From assembly GCF_001194135.2 (NCBI RefSeq), contig NC_068981.1, positions 66,706,189 through 66,770,188 on the forward strand: a DNA stretch of 64,000 nt, read 5' to 3'. Shown in pieces: positions 39,640-51,688 of this stretch. Below the pieces are notes generated by a model, which did no database searches, was not told the origin of the DNA, and saw only the letters and a list, made by a program, of their open reading frames with translations. The translations under genes were made by a program, and so were the position numbers. Each line of letters opens with the position of its first letter. The first letter of the stretch is position 1. This stretch comes from Octopus bimaculoides (Eukaryota).

Positions 39640-39882
39640 TACTTGTTTCAGTCATTTGACTGTGGCCATTCTGGAGTCAACCTTTAGTCAAACAAATCAA
39701 CTCCAGGACTTATTCTTTGTAAGCCTAGTACTTATTCTGTTGGCCTCTTTTGCCAAACTGCTAAGTTACAGGGACGTAAACACACCGACATCAGTTGTCA
39801 AGCGAGGTGGGATGACCAACACAGACACAGACACACACACACATACAACAGGCTTCTTTCAGTTTCCATCTACCAAATCCAT
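39640..39882 (-). mobile_element. SINE family B, 3' part
   Basis: Reverse complement of the family B tail. Further partial copies lie at 17575-17735, 46105-46246, 54108-54260 (-) and 32395-32530, 32800-32900, 50465-50805, 52860-53000 (+). Confidence 0.8.
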
Positions 39883-40794
39883 ACATATATATAACATTAG
39901 TCTAAATTCATGATTATTTTAGAATTTAATTGAAACTCATGAGGGGTGTATTTTGGTCAGAAATATAGTAACGAAAGGGTTAAAAGCAAGTGCACCATCA
40001 TCCATGTGGACACATTTCTCTCCTGTGACATCACAATTTTCTCTCACACACTGTCTTGCAATCTGGAATATATATATATATAAATGTAAGATCGTTATAT
40101 ATATATATATATATATATNNNNNNNNNNNNNNNNNNNNNNNNNNNNNNNNNNNNNNNNNNNNNNNNNNNNNNNNNNNNNNNNNNNNNNNNNNNNNNNNNN
40201 NNNNNNNNNNNNNNNNNNNNNNNNNNNNNNNNNNNNNNNNNNNNNNNNNNNNNNNNNNNNNNNNNNNNNNNNNNNNNNNNNNNNNNNNNNNNNNNNNNNN
40301 NNNNNNNNNNNNNNNNNNNNNNNNNNNNNNNNNNNNNNNNNNNNNNNNNNNNNNNNNNNNNNNNNNNNNNNNNNNNNNNNNNNNNNNNNNNNNNNNNNNN
40401 NNNNNNNNNNNNNNNNNNNNNNNNNNNNNNNNNNNNNNNNNNNNNNNNNNNNNNNNNNNNNNNNNNNNNNNNNNNNNNNNNNNNNNNNNNNNNNNNNNNN
40501 NNNNNNNNNNNNNNNNNNNNNNNNNNNNNNNNNNNNNNNNNNNNNNNNNNNNNNNNNNNNNNNNNNNNNNNNNNNNNNNNNNNNNNNNNNNNNNNNNNNN
40601 NNNNNNTATAAAATGATATTGATGAACAAAAGTTCATGATATCCAAGTCTGTCATCATATATGAATATTACAACATTACCTTTTGTACTTTCCATGCAGA
40701 ATGGCTACAGTGACAGACAGAATATGTTGTGGTATTCAGTGGCATACTTTTACATTCTAAAATGGAATCCCACTGAGGCTAATAATGCTTTTAA

Positions 40795-41017
40795 CCCATG
40801 TATTACCGAATTTCTGCTGAAATGCACTGCTTTCATTTCGATTAATTTTTGAAGCTAAAGAAGAATTTAGTAGAATAATTTTGTTGTTATTAAGCTGATG
40901 TTATGGAATGTGAATTAGAATGGAATTTTGATGGGAAGTTTAAATTTAGATGATTTTAAACATGATGTTTGTATCATAGTACTCAGAGTGGTCTCACATG
41001 AGTTTGTATCATAAGGG
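40795..41017. mobile_element. piggyBac-like MITE, family 3 (a related partial end lies at about 39900-39979)
   Basis: TTAA|cccatgtattac ... gtatcataaggg|TTAA. Confidence 0.65.
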
Positions 41018-41081
41018 TTAATTTTTCAGGTTGGTTGTTAAAGTAAATGCCTGTTGTGCACTGGGATTCTTTTATTCTTTT

Positions 41082-41417
41082 ACCTGTTTCAGTCAGTTGA
41101 CTCTGACCATGCTGGAGCACTACCTTTAAGGAATTTTTAGTCAAAGAAATTGACCCCAGGACTTATTCTTTGTAATTCTGGTACTTATTCTATTCGTCTC
41201 TCTTGCTGAACTGCAAATCTAACAGAAGCCTCAAAAGACATTTTAAGATCCACAAAGGTCAGAACTTAACTGCAGCTTTTGGTGGTCCAAAGCAGATATG
41301 CAATTTATGCAGGTGCCTTTTCAAAACATTGTCTCTTTTAAAAAACCACATCTGATGCCATGATAGATCTAAAGTGTAATTGCAAGAGGTGGTCAAACTC
41401 TGTATAAGGAGTAGACC

Positions 41418-41458
<41 letters not shown>

Positions 41459-41605
41459 TCACAGGCTTCTTCTACCAAATCTACTCACAGGGCTTAGGTT
41501 GGTCTGAGGTTATATTAGAGGACACTTGCCCAAGGTGCCATGCAGAGGGACTGAACCTGTAACCATGTGATTGGGAAGCAAGCTCCTTACCACACTGCCA
41601 CACCT
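41082..41605 (-). mobile_element. SINE family B interrupted by the C2H2 repeat
   Basis: Tail at 41082-41212 and head at 41455-41605. Confidence 0.8.
41213..41420 (+). mobile_element. C2H2-bearing repeat, copy 2, nested in a SINE
   Basis: CKSNRSLKRHFKIHKGQNLTAAFGGPKQICNLCRCLFKTLSLLKNHI*CH. It has the same 3' end (ggtcaaactctg.ataaggagtagac.acc) as copy 1. Confidence 0.7.
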
Positions 41606-43072
41606 GGTATTGATATAACTGATTAAAATCCACTCCTTTAATTTGAGGCCTTGTGTTTAGGTTAGAAAAAAAAAATATACATTGTTCCTACTAAAAAAAA
41701 TTTGGCAAAAGAAAAAGATCAGTTACAATTAGTATTTAGAAATATTTGCTAGCCATTGAGTAAGATGAGGTTCAGTAAATGCTTCTGTTAAAGATATGTT
41801 TGTTGTAACATACCCTTGTGTAGTCAACAAGGAATCCATGTTATATAGGTAATGGTTTGTTTTGGAATAAGATAGTAAACTCCCTATGAGCTGAGTGTAT
41901 TTCTACCCAGTTTAGATAGCATTTGCTTTTATTTATACTATTAGGGGCTTTTGGTAAGTTAAGAGCATCACAATTCATTTACCCTCCTTTTCCTCTTTTA
42001 ATGTAGGCTGGTGGGGGGGCACATTAAGGGAGTGAGCATGAGGCGGAAGAGGAGGAGACAATTCTATATTTTTTAAAGCGTTGTTTATAAAAAAACTTTA
42101 TAAATCATTTAACACAGAATGGTTAGAACACACACACACACACANNNNNNNNNNNNNNNNNNNNNNNNNNNNNNNNNNNNNNNNNNNNNNNNNNNNNNNN
42201 NNNNNNNNNNNNNNNNNNNNNNNNNNNNNNNNNNNNNNNNNNNNNNNNNNNNNNNNNNNNNNNNNNNNNNNNNNNNNNNNNNNNNNNNNNNNNNNNNNNN
42301 NNNNNNNNNNNNNNNNNNNNNNNNNNNNNNNNNNNNNNNNNNNNNNNNNNNNNNNNNNNNNNNNNNNNNNNNNNNNNNNNNNNNNNNNNNNNNNNNNNNN
42401 NNNNNNNNNNNCACACACACACACACACACACACTGACCCAACATAACCTTCCTAAAGAAAAAAAAATCGACAAAGGAAATAAACAAAAATAAAAAACAA
42501 ATCTAGCATACAGACAACAAAAACAAGTACAGCAACTAAAACAAATTTGAAGGCAACTAATCCAAGAAATCTTAATCTCTGTAGACTATACAGAAAACAC
42601 CAAATAAAATGTGATTTAAGATTTACTCTAAAACATCTGTCTTGAGGCTGTCACATGTCAAGATGTCAAAGGGGATTATTATTATTAACAGAAGCTAGAG
42701 AGTTGTTGACATGTTTGCTTTACTTGCTTTAAACAAGTGAGAATGGGTTCTTACTATATGCTCTTGTTAACTTCTAAGTTTTCTCTACCATTTCTTTTCT
42801 CTTTTGTTTTCCAACTAATGTTTAAACATGAAGTATAGTTATAGCTAAGACATTACCACCATGGCTCACCTGGCTGAGTGGATACAGTAGCTAGCAAACA
42901 AACATCCATCAAAGAGGTTGGCAGTTTATATAGAAAGGATAATGGTAGAGCATTTGGAGTTCATGCTTTGCGATTGGGGAGAGATTTAGGGTGATAAGGA
43001 ATAAGAGAAGAAGGGGTCGAGTGTTGGAGTGGTGAGAGGATCCCATGACATCCCTAGTGGTATAATGAATAA

Positions 43073-43425
43073 CAGGTAGTATATAGTGAAGGTGCATGGA
43101 TCATTGGTTAGAGTGTCAGGCTCAAAATCATGAGGTAGTGAGTTTGATTTCCGGGGCAGGTTGTGTGTTGTGCTCTTGAGCAAGACACTTCATTTCATGT
43201 TGCTCCAGTTCACTCCGCTGTATAAATGAGTTGTGATGTCACAAGTGCCAAACTGTATTGGCGTTTGCCTTTTTCTTGGATAACATCAGTGACATGGAGA
43301 GAGGAGGCTGTTATGCATGGGAAATTGCAGGTCTCCCATAAAAATCTTGCTTGGACCTGTGCCTTGGAGGGGAACTTTCTAGGTGCAATCCTGTGGTCAT
43401 TCATGGTTGAAGGGGTCTTTACCTT
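43073..43425 (+). mobile_element. SINE family A copy
   Basis: Colinear with 5996-6338. Confidence 0.85.
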
Positions 43426-43559
43426 TAGGTGGTGTATTGGTGAATTCTTAGGGTGTTGGGTAGAATTGCTCATGGTATTTGTTCCTTCTCTTTCTGTACT
43501 CTGGGTTCAAATCCCATTGAGGTCATCTTTGCTTTTCACCTTTTGAAGTTGATAAAGAA

Positions 43560-43965
43560 GAAAAAGGACCAATGAAATATAGTGGATTGGCAGGACTATT
43601 AGAATTGAAGGCTGATTTCAAAACATTGAACCTTACGAAGGAGATGACAGAGGACCAAGATATGTGGTGCATTGCTCTACTTGAGAAGACCTGCCTATCA
43701 TAACGAAATTGAAATCCTAAACCCAAGGTGTCATGTAAAAAGCACTGGTGTGGGTGTTGGTGCCATGTAAAAAGCACTCAGAGCACTCTAAAATAGTTGG
43801 CGTTAGGAAGGGCATCTACCCGTGAAATCAAACCAAATCACAGTGGAACATGGTGCAGCCCTTGGCCTTGCCAGTTCCTGTCAAGCTGTCCAATGCATGC
43901 TAGCATGAAAAACAGACATTAAATGTTGTTGTTGATGATGATGATGATGATGATGATGGTGATTA
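43560..43965 (+). mobile_element. RTE LINE 3' end with UTR
   Basis: LKADFKTLNLTKEMTEDQDMWCIALLEKT, then the shared tail (gttggcgttaggaagggcatc...catgctagcatgaaaaacagacattaa) and (GAT)n. Confidence 0.7.
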
Positions 43966-44399
43966 AAGATTCAGGAAAGATGCCTTGCAGTTTCTGTTCC
44001 AGCTCGTTGCATTGTGACAGCAATATCTGTAATGACACTGATGCTAAGCTGTATCTACATAAGTTGGCAGCCTTCCTCTTGGATAAACACTGATGGCATG
44101 GAGGAGGGCGTATTCCATTTATAGACAACTCTCAGTGCCCTCCTCTAAAAATTTGCCAAGGCTTACACATCCATATGCACATGTGTAACTGATCATGATT
44201 GATAGAAACCCTAATGTATTGTGAGGAGGCGAGATACAATGCCAATACTACAGTGAGTGAAGGGGGTGAGCTGGCAGAATCATTAGCATGCTGGGCAAAA
44301 TGCTTAGTGACATTTTGTCCATTTTTACAGTCTGAGTTCAAATTCTGTTGGGGTTAACTTTGCCTGTCATCCTTTTGGGGTCGATAAAATCAATACCAG

Positions 44400-44934
44400 A
44401 GCCAACATGAAATTTTGCGTTAAACTTGGGAAGAGATGTTGAGCATACTTTGGCAAGCTTATGACGACGAGGCAATGGGTTGTATGCAATGTTTTGAGTG
44501 TCATGGGTGTTTCAAGTGGAAGAACATCCCTAGAAGATGATGAGCGATCTCGAAGACCTGCCATGAGCATCACCCCCAGAAATGTGGTATTGTGCATCAA
44601 GAATTCTACTCCCAGAAGCAGACCATTAATTGAAAGTTCTGCAACATTTTGAAGCGTTTGGGGGAGGGCATTCAGTGAAAGTGACTGATCGGTGGAGCGC
44701 AAAAAATTGGATTCTTCACCTAGCTCTCCTCACTCATCTCACCAAAAACAACAGGTCCTCAACTCACTTATGGAAAACGACTTCCAAGCTGGATTCCAAA
44801 AGTGGCAGGAACACTGGGACTGTTGTATTGCTGCACAAGGTGACTATTTCGAAGGAGATGCTGTCAAGATTTAGGTAAATAAGTTATCTTTTTATTAAGC
44901 ACAACTAGTCTGGGAACCTTTTGACACCATCTCG
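44400..44934 (+). mobile_element. Internally deleted mariner (Tc1/mariner) element
   Basis: NMKFCVKLGK..GRTSLEDDERSRRP (HTH), ..KNWILH.., FQKWQEHWDCCIAAQGDYFEGD*. The right TIR ends ...ctcg followed by TA (44935-36). The left end is replaced by a SINE. Confidence 0.85.
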
Positions 44935-44936
44935 TA

Positions 44937-44965
44937 TATCCATCCATCCATCCATCCATCCATCC

Positions 44966-45013
<48 letters not shown>

Positions 45014-45020
45014 ATCAATC
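44937..45020. repeat. Compound tetranucleotide microsatellite (ATCC)n-(AATC)n
   Basis: Direct inspection. Confidence 0.95.
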
Positions 45021-45301
45021 ACGTGTATATTCCCTCCCTGCCTGAGGTTACTGTGGTCTTTTCCATAGGCTTTTCTTTCCATAGACAAACCTAATCTTGC
45101 TTTTTACACTTTCAAAATTTTTCTGTGATGCACGATCCCTTTTGATCCCCCTTTTTTTTTTGTCACGATCCCTTTTGATCGGAATTTTATTTTTCTCCTT
45201 TTTTTCTATTTTCGAAAAGAAAAGCTCTACAGCTCTACATTGTATTTTGTCCCCTCTATGTTCGGCCCTGTGTGGCTAATAAAGAAACTTACCTATCTGT
45301 C

Positions 45302-45346
<45 letters not shown>

Positions 45347-46043
45347 AGAAACTGTAGGGAGCTTGCCTCCCTTGTCAGTCATAAAATAAGTGCTTTATCA
45401 TGGCTAAGAGTTGTTTTGGCTCTTATTTCTAGCAATGCTGGTGCTAAATAGGTACCCTCAGTTACTTTAGTGATGTCTATAGTTCTGCCTTTCGGTTGTA
45501 AAATGTGAATAAGCCACCTTTATTATATATGTATATATATATATATACATATATATAAGCACATATACCCAAATACTTATGCATATGTGTGTGTGTATGT
45601 ATGTATGTACGTTTGTGTGTATATTCACACTTTGTCTCTTTCCAGACACAGGAGCACACATAGGCACACACATTCACATTTTACCTTTTACTAGTTATTC
45701 CCTTCGTATAAAGAGTAAGATATGCTGCACACTCAAAGCAAACCAACTTGCTTTCCCCCATTGGTTACTGTCTATAGTAAGGTCAGCAGTTTTATTAAAT
45801 CTAATATTCCGTCTGACTTGGTCCTCATTAGTTTGTAAAATGTTGCAATGTTCCTCCAGCAAGATAAAGTTTTGCAATGCAAAATGAAGAAAAAAAAAAT
45901 GTGGTTACTGTTATATTTGGTATTCTTAAAGGATATCCAATCAGAATTAATCTTTCTGAGCGTAAAATGCTATCTACTGAGAAAGTCTGTGTTATTGCAA
46001 ATGAACTGCAAGCTAATCATAAAAGAGAATCTTCTGTTTACAA

Positions 46044-46082
<39 letters not shown>

Positions 46083-46269
46083 CGTGCATGCACACACACA
46101 TACATAAGGGGCTTCTTTCAGGTTCCATCTACCAAATCCATTCTTTTGATGACCTAGGGCTTTAGCAAAAGTCACTTGACCAAAGTGATGCATGGTGGAA
46201 CTGAACCCAAGACCATATCGTTTCTGCTTCTTGACCACACAGCCACATCTGCATCTATACTCATATCTG

Positions 46270-46333
<64 letters not shown>

Positions 46334-47126
46334 ATACATACAGACATTGCAGTGGTTGGCATTAAGAAGGGCTGGCTATTTCTGGTTTAGGCACTTGGTC
46401 AGATTTTTGGATGAGTGTTAAGGATGAAAAGCAATTTTGACCTCACATGCCCAAGATACTATGCAGTGGAATTGACTCCAAAATCACATGGTTGCAATGT
46501 GCAATGCTAACTTCTTAACTACATGGTCCCAGCTAAAATGAGTGGATTACTACTTAGCTCTCTACGCAATATACTACTGCATGAGCCAATAGGGAATCTA
46601 TGCTTTTACTTATTCTGCTAGGAATAGCAGCTAAATCACCTTAAACTATGCATTATTGTACTTTTGAAAACTTGTGAAATAAGAAAAACCACACTTGAAA
46701 ACATGCAAATGTCTGTAATAGGAAAGCATCTGGCTATAAAATCCTGCCTCAAATATATCACCATCTGACCCATGCTATATGGAAAAATAGATGTTAAATG
46801 TATAAACAAATGTGTAGTTTTGTGGCTTTTGATAGTATGTCTACATTAAGTATGAGATGCAAAATGGTATTCTGAACCAATACTGCTCCTGTTGCTAATA
46901 ATGAATTTTTATCCAGCTTTCCAGCTATTTGTGATACCAGTGATTTGTTAATTATTCTTTTTCCTATAATCAGTAGAAATGAAATTTGTCATAGCATGCA
47001 ATTAGTTGTAGATACTTGCATCTGATGAAATGCAAATACACAGAAACCATTATTAAGCAACTCCACTACCACTGCTGGATGCTTTTCATTTACTATGATA
47101 TATTTTTGTGAATCTTATCACCTTAG

Positions 47127-47195
47127 GTCTATATGAGAAGCTTTCTTATAATGAATACTGCAGTTTTGTGGCTTTTGATAGTTTATCCACTTTAA
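47127..47195 (+). CDS. Candidate 69-nt exon (GLYEKLSYNEYCSFVAFDSLSTL), gene unknown
   Basis: Acceptor tcttatcaccttag and donor AA|gtaaga. Its 3' half is duplicated at 46813-46855 with mostly synonymous changes. Confidence 0.35.
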   Translation, partial: VYMRSFLIMNTAVLWLLIVYPL

Positions 47196-47535
47196 GTAAG
47201 ATATACAGCATGATATATAAGCCAGCAATGTATACAAACATTAATTTGATATCGTTTCTATTTCTTTTTCTCTTACATCCCTTATTAATTTTCTTTCTCT
47301 TTCATAAAAGGTATAACCTGAAACATATTCTCTTCTCTTCATGTAATTGACATATTTTCATTGTACACATTCTTTAATTGTTGTTTCTTTTCATAGTTGT
47401 ATGCTTCTTCCCCCAGGTGTTTTATTTGTCTGTCTTCATGTATTATTTATTCATTTGTCTATCCATTCTCTCATAAGCTTTATAGTTTAATTTCTGGGCT
47501 TCTTATCTACCTGTCTACACATATGTGTGTGTGCA

Positions 47536-47593
<58 letters not shown>

Positions 47594-47640
47594 GGAGAAA
47601 GTATTTGTGTGTGTGAGAAAGAGTCTATTTGTGTGTTTAA

Positions 47641-47860
47641 CCCGTTAGCATTCAGATTATTCTGTCAAATATAATACTTACTTATTCACATTGCTGTGAA
47701 TTAATCCTACATTATCTTGTTGATTTTAGATTTTGATGATGTGATTGTTTATTTTTAGAATGACATTGCAGGGTAGATGTGAGAGGCCTGATCTGGTCAG
47801 TTTGAACACAAAACAGGTAGAATATTTGGGCCGGATATGGCCAGTTTGAATCCTAAAGAG
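47641..47860 (-). mobile_element. piggyBac-like MITE, family 1 (second copy)
   Basis: TTAA|cccgttagcatt ... aatcctaaagag|TTAA. The internal sequence is the reverse complement of 2498-2756. Confidence 0.8.
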
Positions 47861-48186
47861 TTAAGGACTGGTGCAAAGGAAAAAAAAAACAACAGCCTTA
47901 CTTGAAAAATAAGAGTTGGTGGCAGGAAGGGGATTTGGCTACAGACAATCTACTTCAATAAGTTTTCTCTAACCCATGCCAGCCTGAAAAAATTAACATG
48001 AAAGAGCTGATTATATATATAAATATATATATAAGGCTAAGGAGGGTATTGGATTTAACCAAACCCAAAGATACAGGTAATACCAAGTAAGTGCTGTATA
48101 CCGGTTAGTTTATGCCCAAATCGTTGTATGAACAGGATTGGGGATTATAAGTCGTGTATTAGCGTATGTATGTATAAATATATAAA

Positions 48187-48499
48187 AGGATAAAGAGAAC
48201 AATGGTAAAGTTAGAAATATATTAATATATATATTAATGATATATATTAGATAATATATTAGAAATATATTAATATATATATTAATGAAGCTACACTCCA
48301 AGTACTGTTCTTTCTTTCTTCTTTCAGCACATCACACTCACTCTCACTTCTTACTATAACTCTCTGCTTATAGATATAATAATCGATTCCTTTACTATTT
48401 CTGTCTCCGATGAAGGGATGCATTGGATCTTCCCTGAAACAGCTGTAAGACTCTATCCATAAAATATATTTCTAACTTTACCATTGTTCTCTTTATCCT
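48187..48499 (+). mobile_element. Penelope-like element-derived mini-insertion (pseudo-LTR) with inverted ends
   Basis: Perfect 37-bp inverted repeat at 48187-48223 / 48463-48499. It encloses a pyrimidine-rich tract and the hammerhead motif. Confidence 0.6.
48403..48451 (+). ncRNA. Minimal type I hammerhead ribozyme (Penelope-type)
   Basis: GTCT-CCGATGA-AGGGA(12 nt)TCCCT-GAAA-CAGCTG-TA|AGAC. Stem I is GTCT/AGAC, stem II is AGGGA/TCCCT, stem III is palindromic (ACAGCTGT) and the cleavage triplet is GUA. The core has C instead of U at position 4. Confidence 0.7.
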
Positions 48500-48519
48500 G
48501 TGACACATGATATCCTTCG

Positions 48520-48848
48520 TGCGAGATCGTTGCCAGTGCCCATGGACTGGCTCTTGTGCGAGTGACACGCGAGGTTTTTCGAGCGGGATCGTTGCCGGTG
48601 CCCCTGGACTGGCTCTTGTGCGGGTGGCACATAAAAGACACCATTTCGAGCGTGGCCGTTTTCGTGCGGGTGACACGTAAAAGCACCCACTACACTCTTG
48701 AGTGGTTGGTGTTAGGAAGGGCATCCAGCTGTAGAAACTCTGCCAAATTAGATTGGAGCCTGGTGTTGCCATCCGGTTTCACCAGTCCTCAGTCAAATCG
48801 TCCAACCCATGCTAGCATGAAAGGCGGACGTTAAACGATGATGATGAT
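48520..48848 (+). mobile_element. RTE-type 3' tail element
   Basis: Reverse complement of the 27582 family with a (GAT)n tail. Other copies lie at 8130-8360, 17250-17460, 34596-34760, 36062-36255 (-) and 18430-18612, 33455-33680, 63255-63965 (+). Confidence 0.85.
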
Positions 48849-49149
48849 ATATATATAGTAGACTCTTCTATTGATGAGGGTTCCACAATTTTTTTGCTGA
48901 ACATTGTGCACAGATGATTGTTTATAGTCATCAAATGTTTGCATTGCACACTTGCTAACTCCTTCCATCAAATTGTTATTATCTGTACAGGTGCACAGTG
49001 TGCCACACGCATCAAATTTTGAAGTGATTGGAGAGCAGTGTGAAATGATGTGTTTTGCTTGAGAACACAATGCAACACCCAGTCTATGAATCAAAATCAC
49101 AATTTCAAGATTCTGAGTGCAACAGTCTTGGCTATTAGGTTATGTGCCT

Positions 49150-49207
<58 letters not shown>

Positions 49208-49845
49208 CTTCCATACAGTATTAGTCTCCCAAGCTCCACTCACCAGGTATTGGTCAAACTAAAATTACAATAGAAGAAACTTTCTCACAGTGTCATGCAG
49301 TGGGGGTCAAGCCCCCCTGAAAACATGATTCCAAAGCAGACCTTTTAACCATAGAGCCACATTATGCCACCAACATATATAATTTCAGTGTTATAATATT
49401 TTGCAATTATATTATAGATCTCATGCAATTATTATTGTAAAAGACTTTGTTTTATTTTCTTTTATCATTTTTCTGTTTAACACATTAAGTTTATCTCCAC
49501 CTCTTCTTATCTGAATGTGTTTAGACCATATATTAAGTTTGTTCTTATAAACTACTATTTAAATAGTAATCTGCACTCAGCATTACTTCCAAATGAGATT
49601 GCAAATATACATACAACATAAAGCTGACGTAAACCCAAAGAATCTGATAAGAATATTAAACAACTAGTTTGAATATATATATATTCCTGTATAGAAGCCA
49701 TTTATAAATTTCATACAATCACTTTTTCTTATCAGAGTGGATTATTATATTATAATTGTTTTTATACAACCACCCCAGCACACATATATGTATATATATT
49801 TATATATATATATATATACACATACATATACATACACATGTTTAT

Positions 49846-49886
<41 letters not shown>

Positions 49887-51232
49887 CATATATATGTATA
49901 AATATATATAATATATAACATATACAATATAGAGCATTGTATATGTATAATATAGACTTTATATAAGCATAATATATATACACATTATATATTCAATACA
50001 CATACACACACACAGTTTATCAGTATTTCAGCTCAGAACTGCCCAGTGAAACTACTTATTACATACAATAAAAGTATGCAATAAAATACGAACAGTGTTA
50101 ATTGTGCACCTCTGCTATCGTTACGTCTATCATATGAATCTAACCATCACAAACTTGTGTGCCACTGTTAATGATATGTTTGTTTGCTTGATTTTCTTGT
50201 TTGGCTCTGATTGCTCTGCCATCTCAGATACTACTGAAACTAAGACTTCCAAATGTTTTTGAATGATTACCAAGTAATTATAATAAATTTAGTTGGTTTT
50301 GTTTCTTTAAATGGTGCTTGATTAGCAAATTAATTGAATATTAAGCATGCTTCACATGCCCAATATGTCAAATGAGCTAAGCTACAAATTATTCTGCATA
50401 CAAGATTAGTTGTGCAATAAATGAAATGTAATAGAAACACATTTGTAGGTACAAAAAACATGCTTATGTTGTTAAAAAGTTTGCTTTGTAGTTGCATAAT
50501 TCTAGCTTGGTCTCACAGCACAGCGCCTTTAGAATCAGGTTGATCAAGATCATGCGAGTAGAATTTAGTTGACAAAAACTGTGGTTGCCCATTGTGCGTA
50601 CATGTGTATATAAAAATGTGTGGGTGTGAGCATTTCCATGATTGCGTTACATCTGATAACTTAGTGGTGCAACGATCAGAGATTGATAATTTGAGTGCAA
50701 AAGTTTAATATATGGTGGGGTTGATTTAGATTGACCAAACCCTAGAAAGCACTGCTCCAGCATAGCTGCAGCCCAGTGGCTGGAACCAATAAATGAATAA
50801 AAGAATATACAGTTACATGCCAATATAGTTTCTGATATTAATAGTTTAGATTGTATTCAAATAATGGCCATGTATGTGGAGAAAAACTTTCTGATTGGCA
50901 AATGTTGAGTCATATATTTTTTCTGATTATGTAAAGTAATGGATGTGTTGTGCAAATTGAATGTTATCCTACTTAATCTGTTATGACTATTATACTTTTA
51001 AATGCTTTAAAATGCTATTAGCAGTGTATTAAAGAAAAAAAAAAAATTTTTTGTTTTTTTTTCCTAAATCAGTACCTGTAAATTCTTCTATTCATCACTG
51101 TGTTGAGTAATCAGGTCAGCTATCAATATATGGAGGGAAAAAAGTTTCTGGCCTTTCATCATTCCAAGGCAATTAAATTCTTTTCTTTCTTATCCTCTAC
51201 AAACTGTTTCTTGTTTTACATTCAGTATATAT

Positions 51233-51286
<54 letters not shown>

Positions 51287-51589
51287 TTAAGCCATAGAAA
51301 ATCTAATACTTGATTTTTAACATATATATATTTTTTAACTCTTATCCCCACCAAACTAACCAATCTTTCTGTTTATATTAAGTTCTATGCCATTTTATAG
51401 AAAGCGTTGAAAAGTGAAATAAACATCAGAGATACTTTGACCCGCACAGAAACTGCTGGAGCTACTCAAAGGTTTAGGAAGCTCTTCTTTTAAATCAATC
51501 ACAATATTGGAAACCCTTCTCTATCATCACAGGTATCTCAGGGTCATAAGCATTTCACCCACATAGCCTGTGCACTTTGCTTGAGTGGG

Positions 51590-51648
51590 GCATGTGTTAT
51601 ATTCCCAAGTGCAACATCACCCAGAACCTGACAACTTCAAACCCATTG

Positions 51649-51688
<40 letters not shown>

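Noticed and set aside
47022-47050. CTGATGA...GAAAC motif as a second hammerhead (also CTGATGA on the minus strand at about 35505)
   Set aside because: No convincing stem II or stem III, and no cleavage triplet with a matching stem I.
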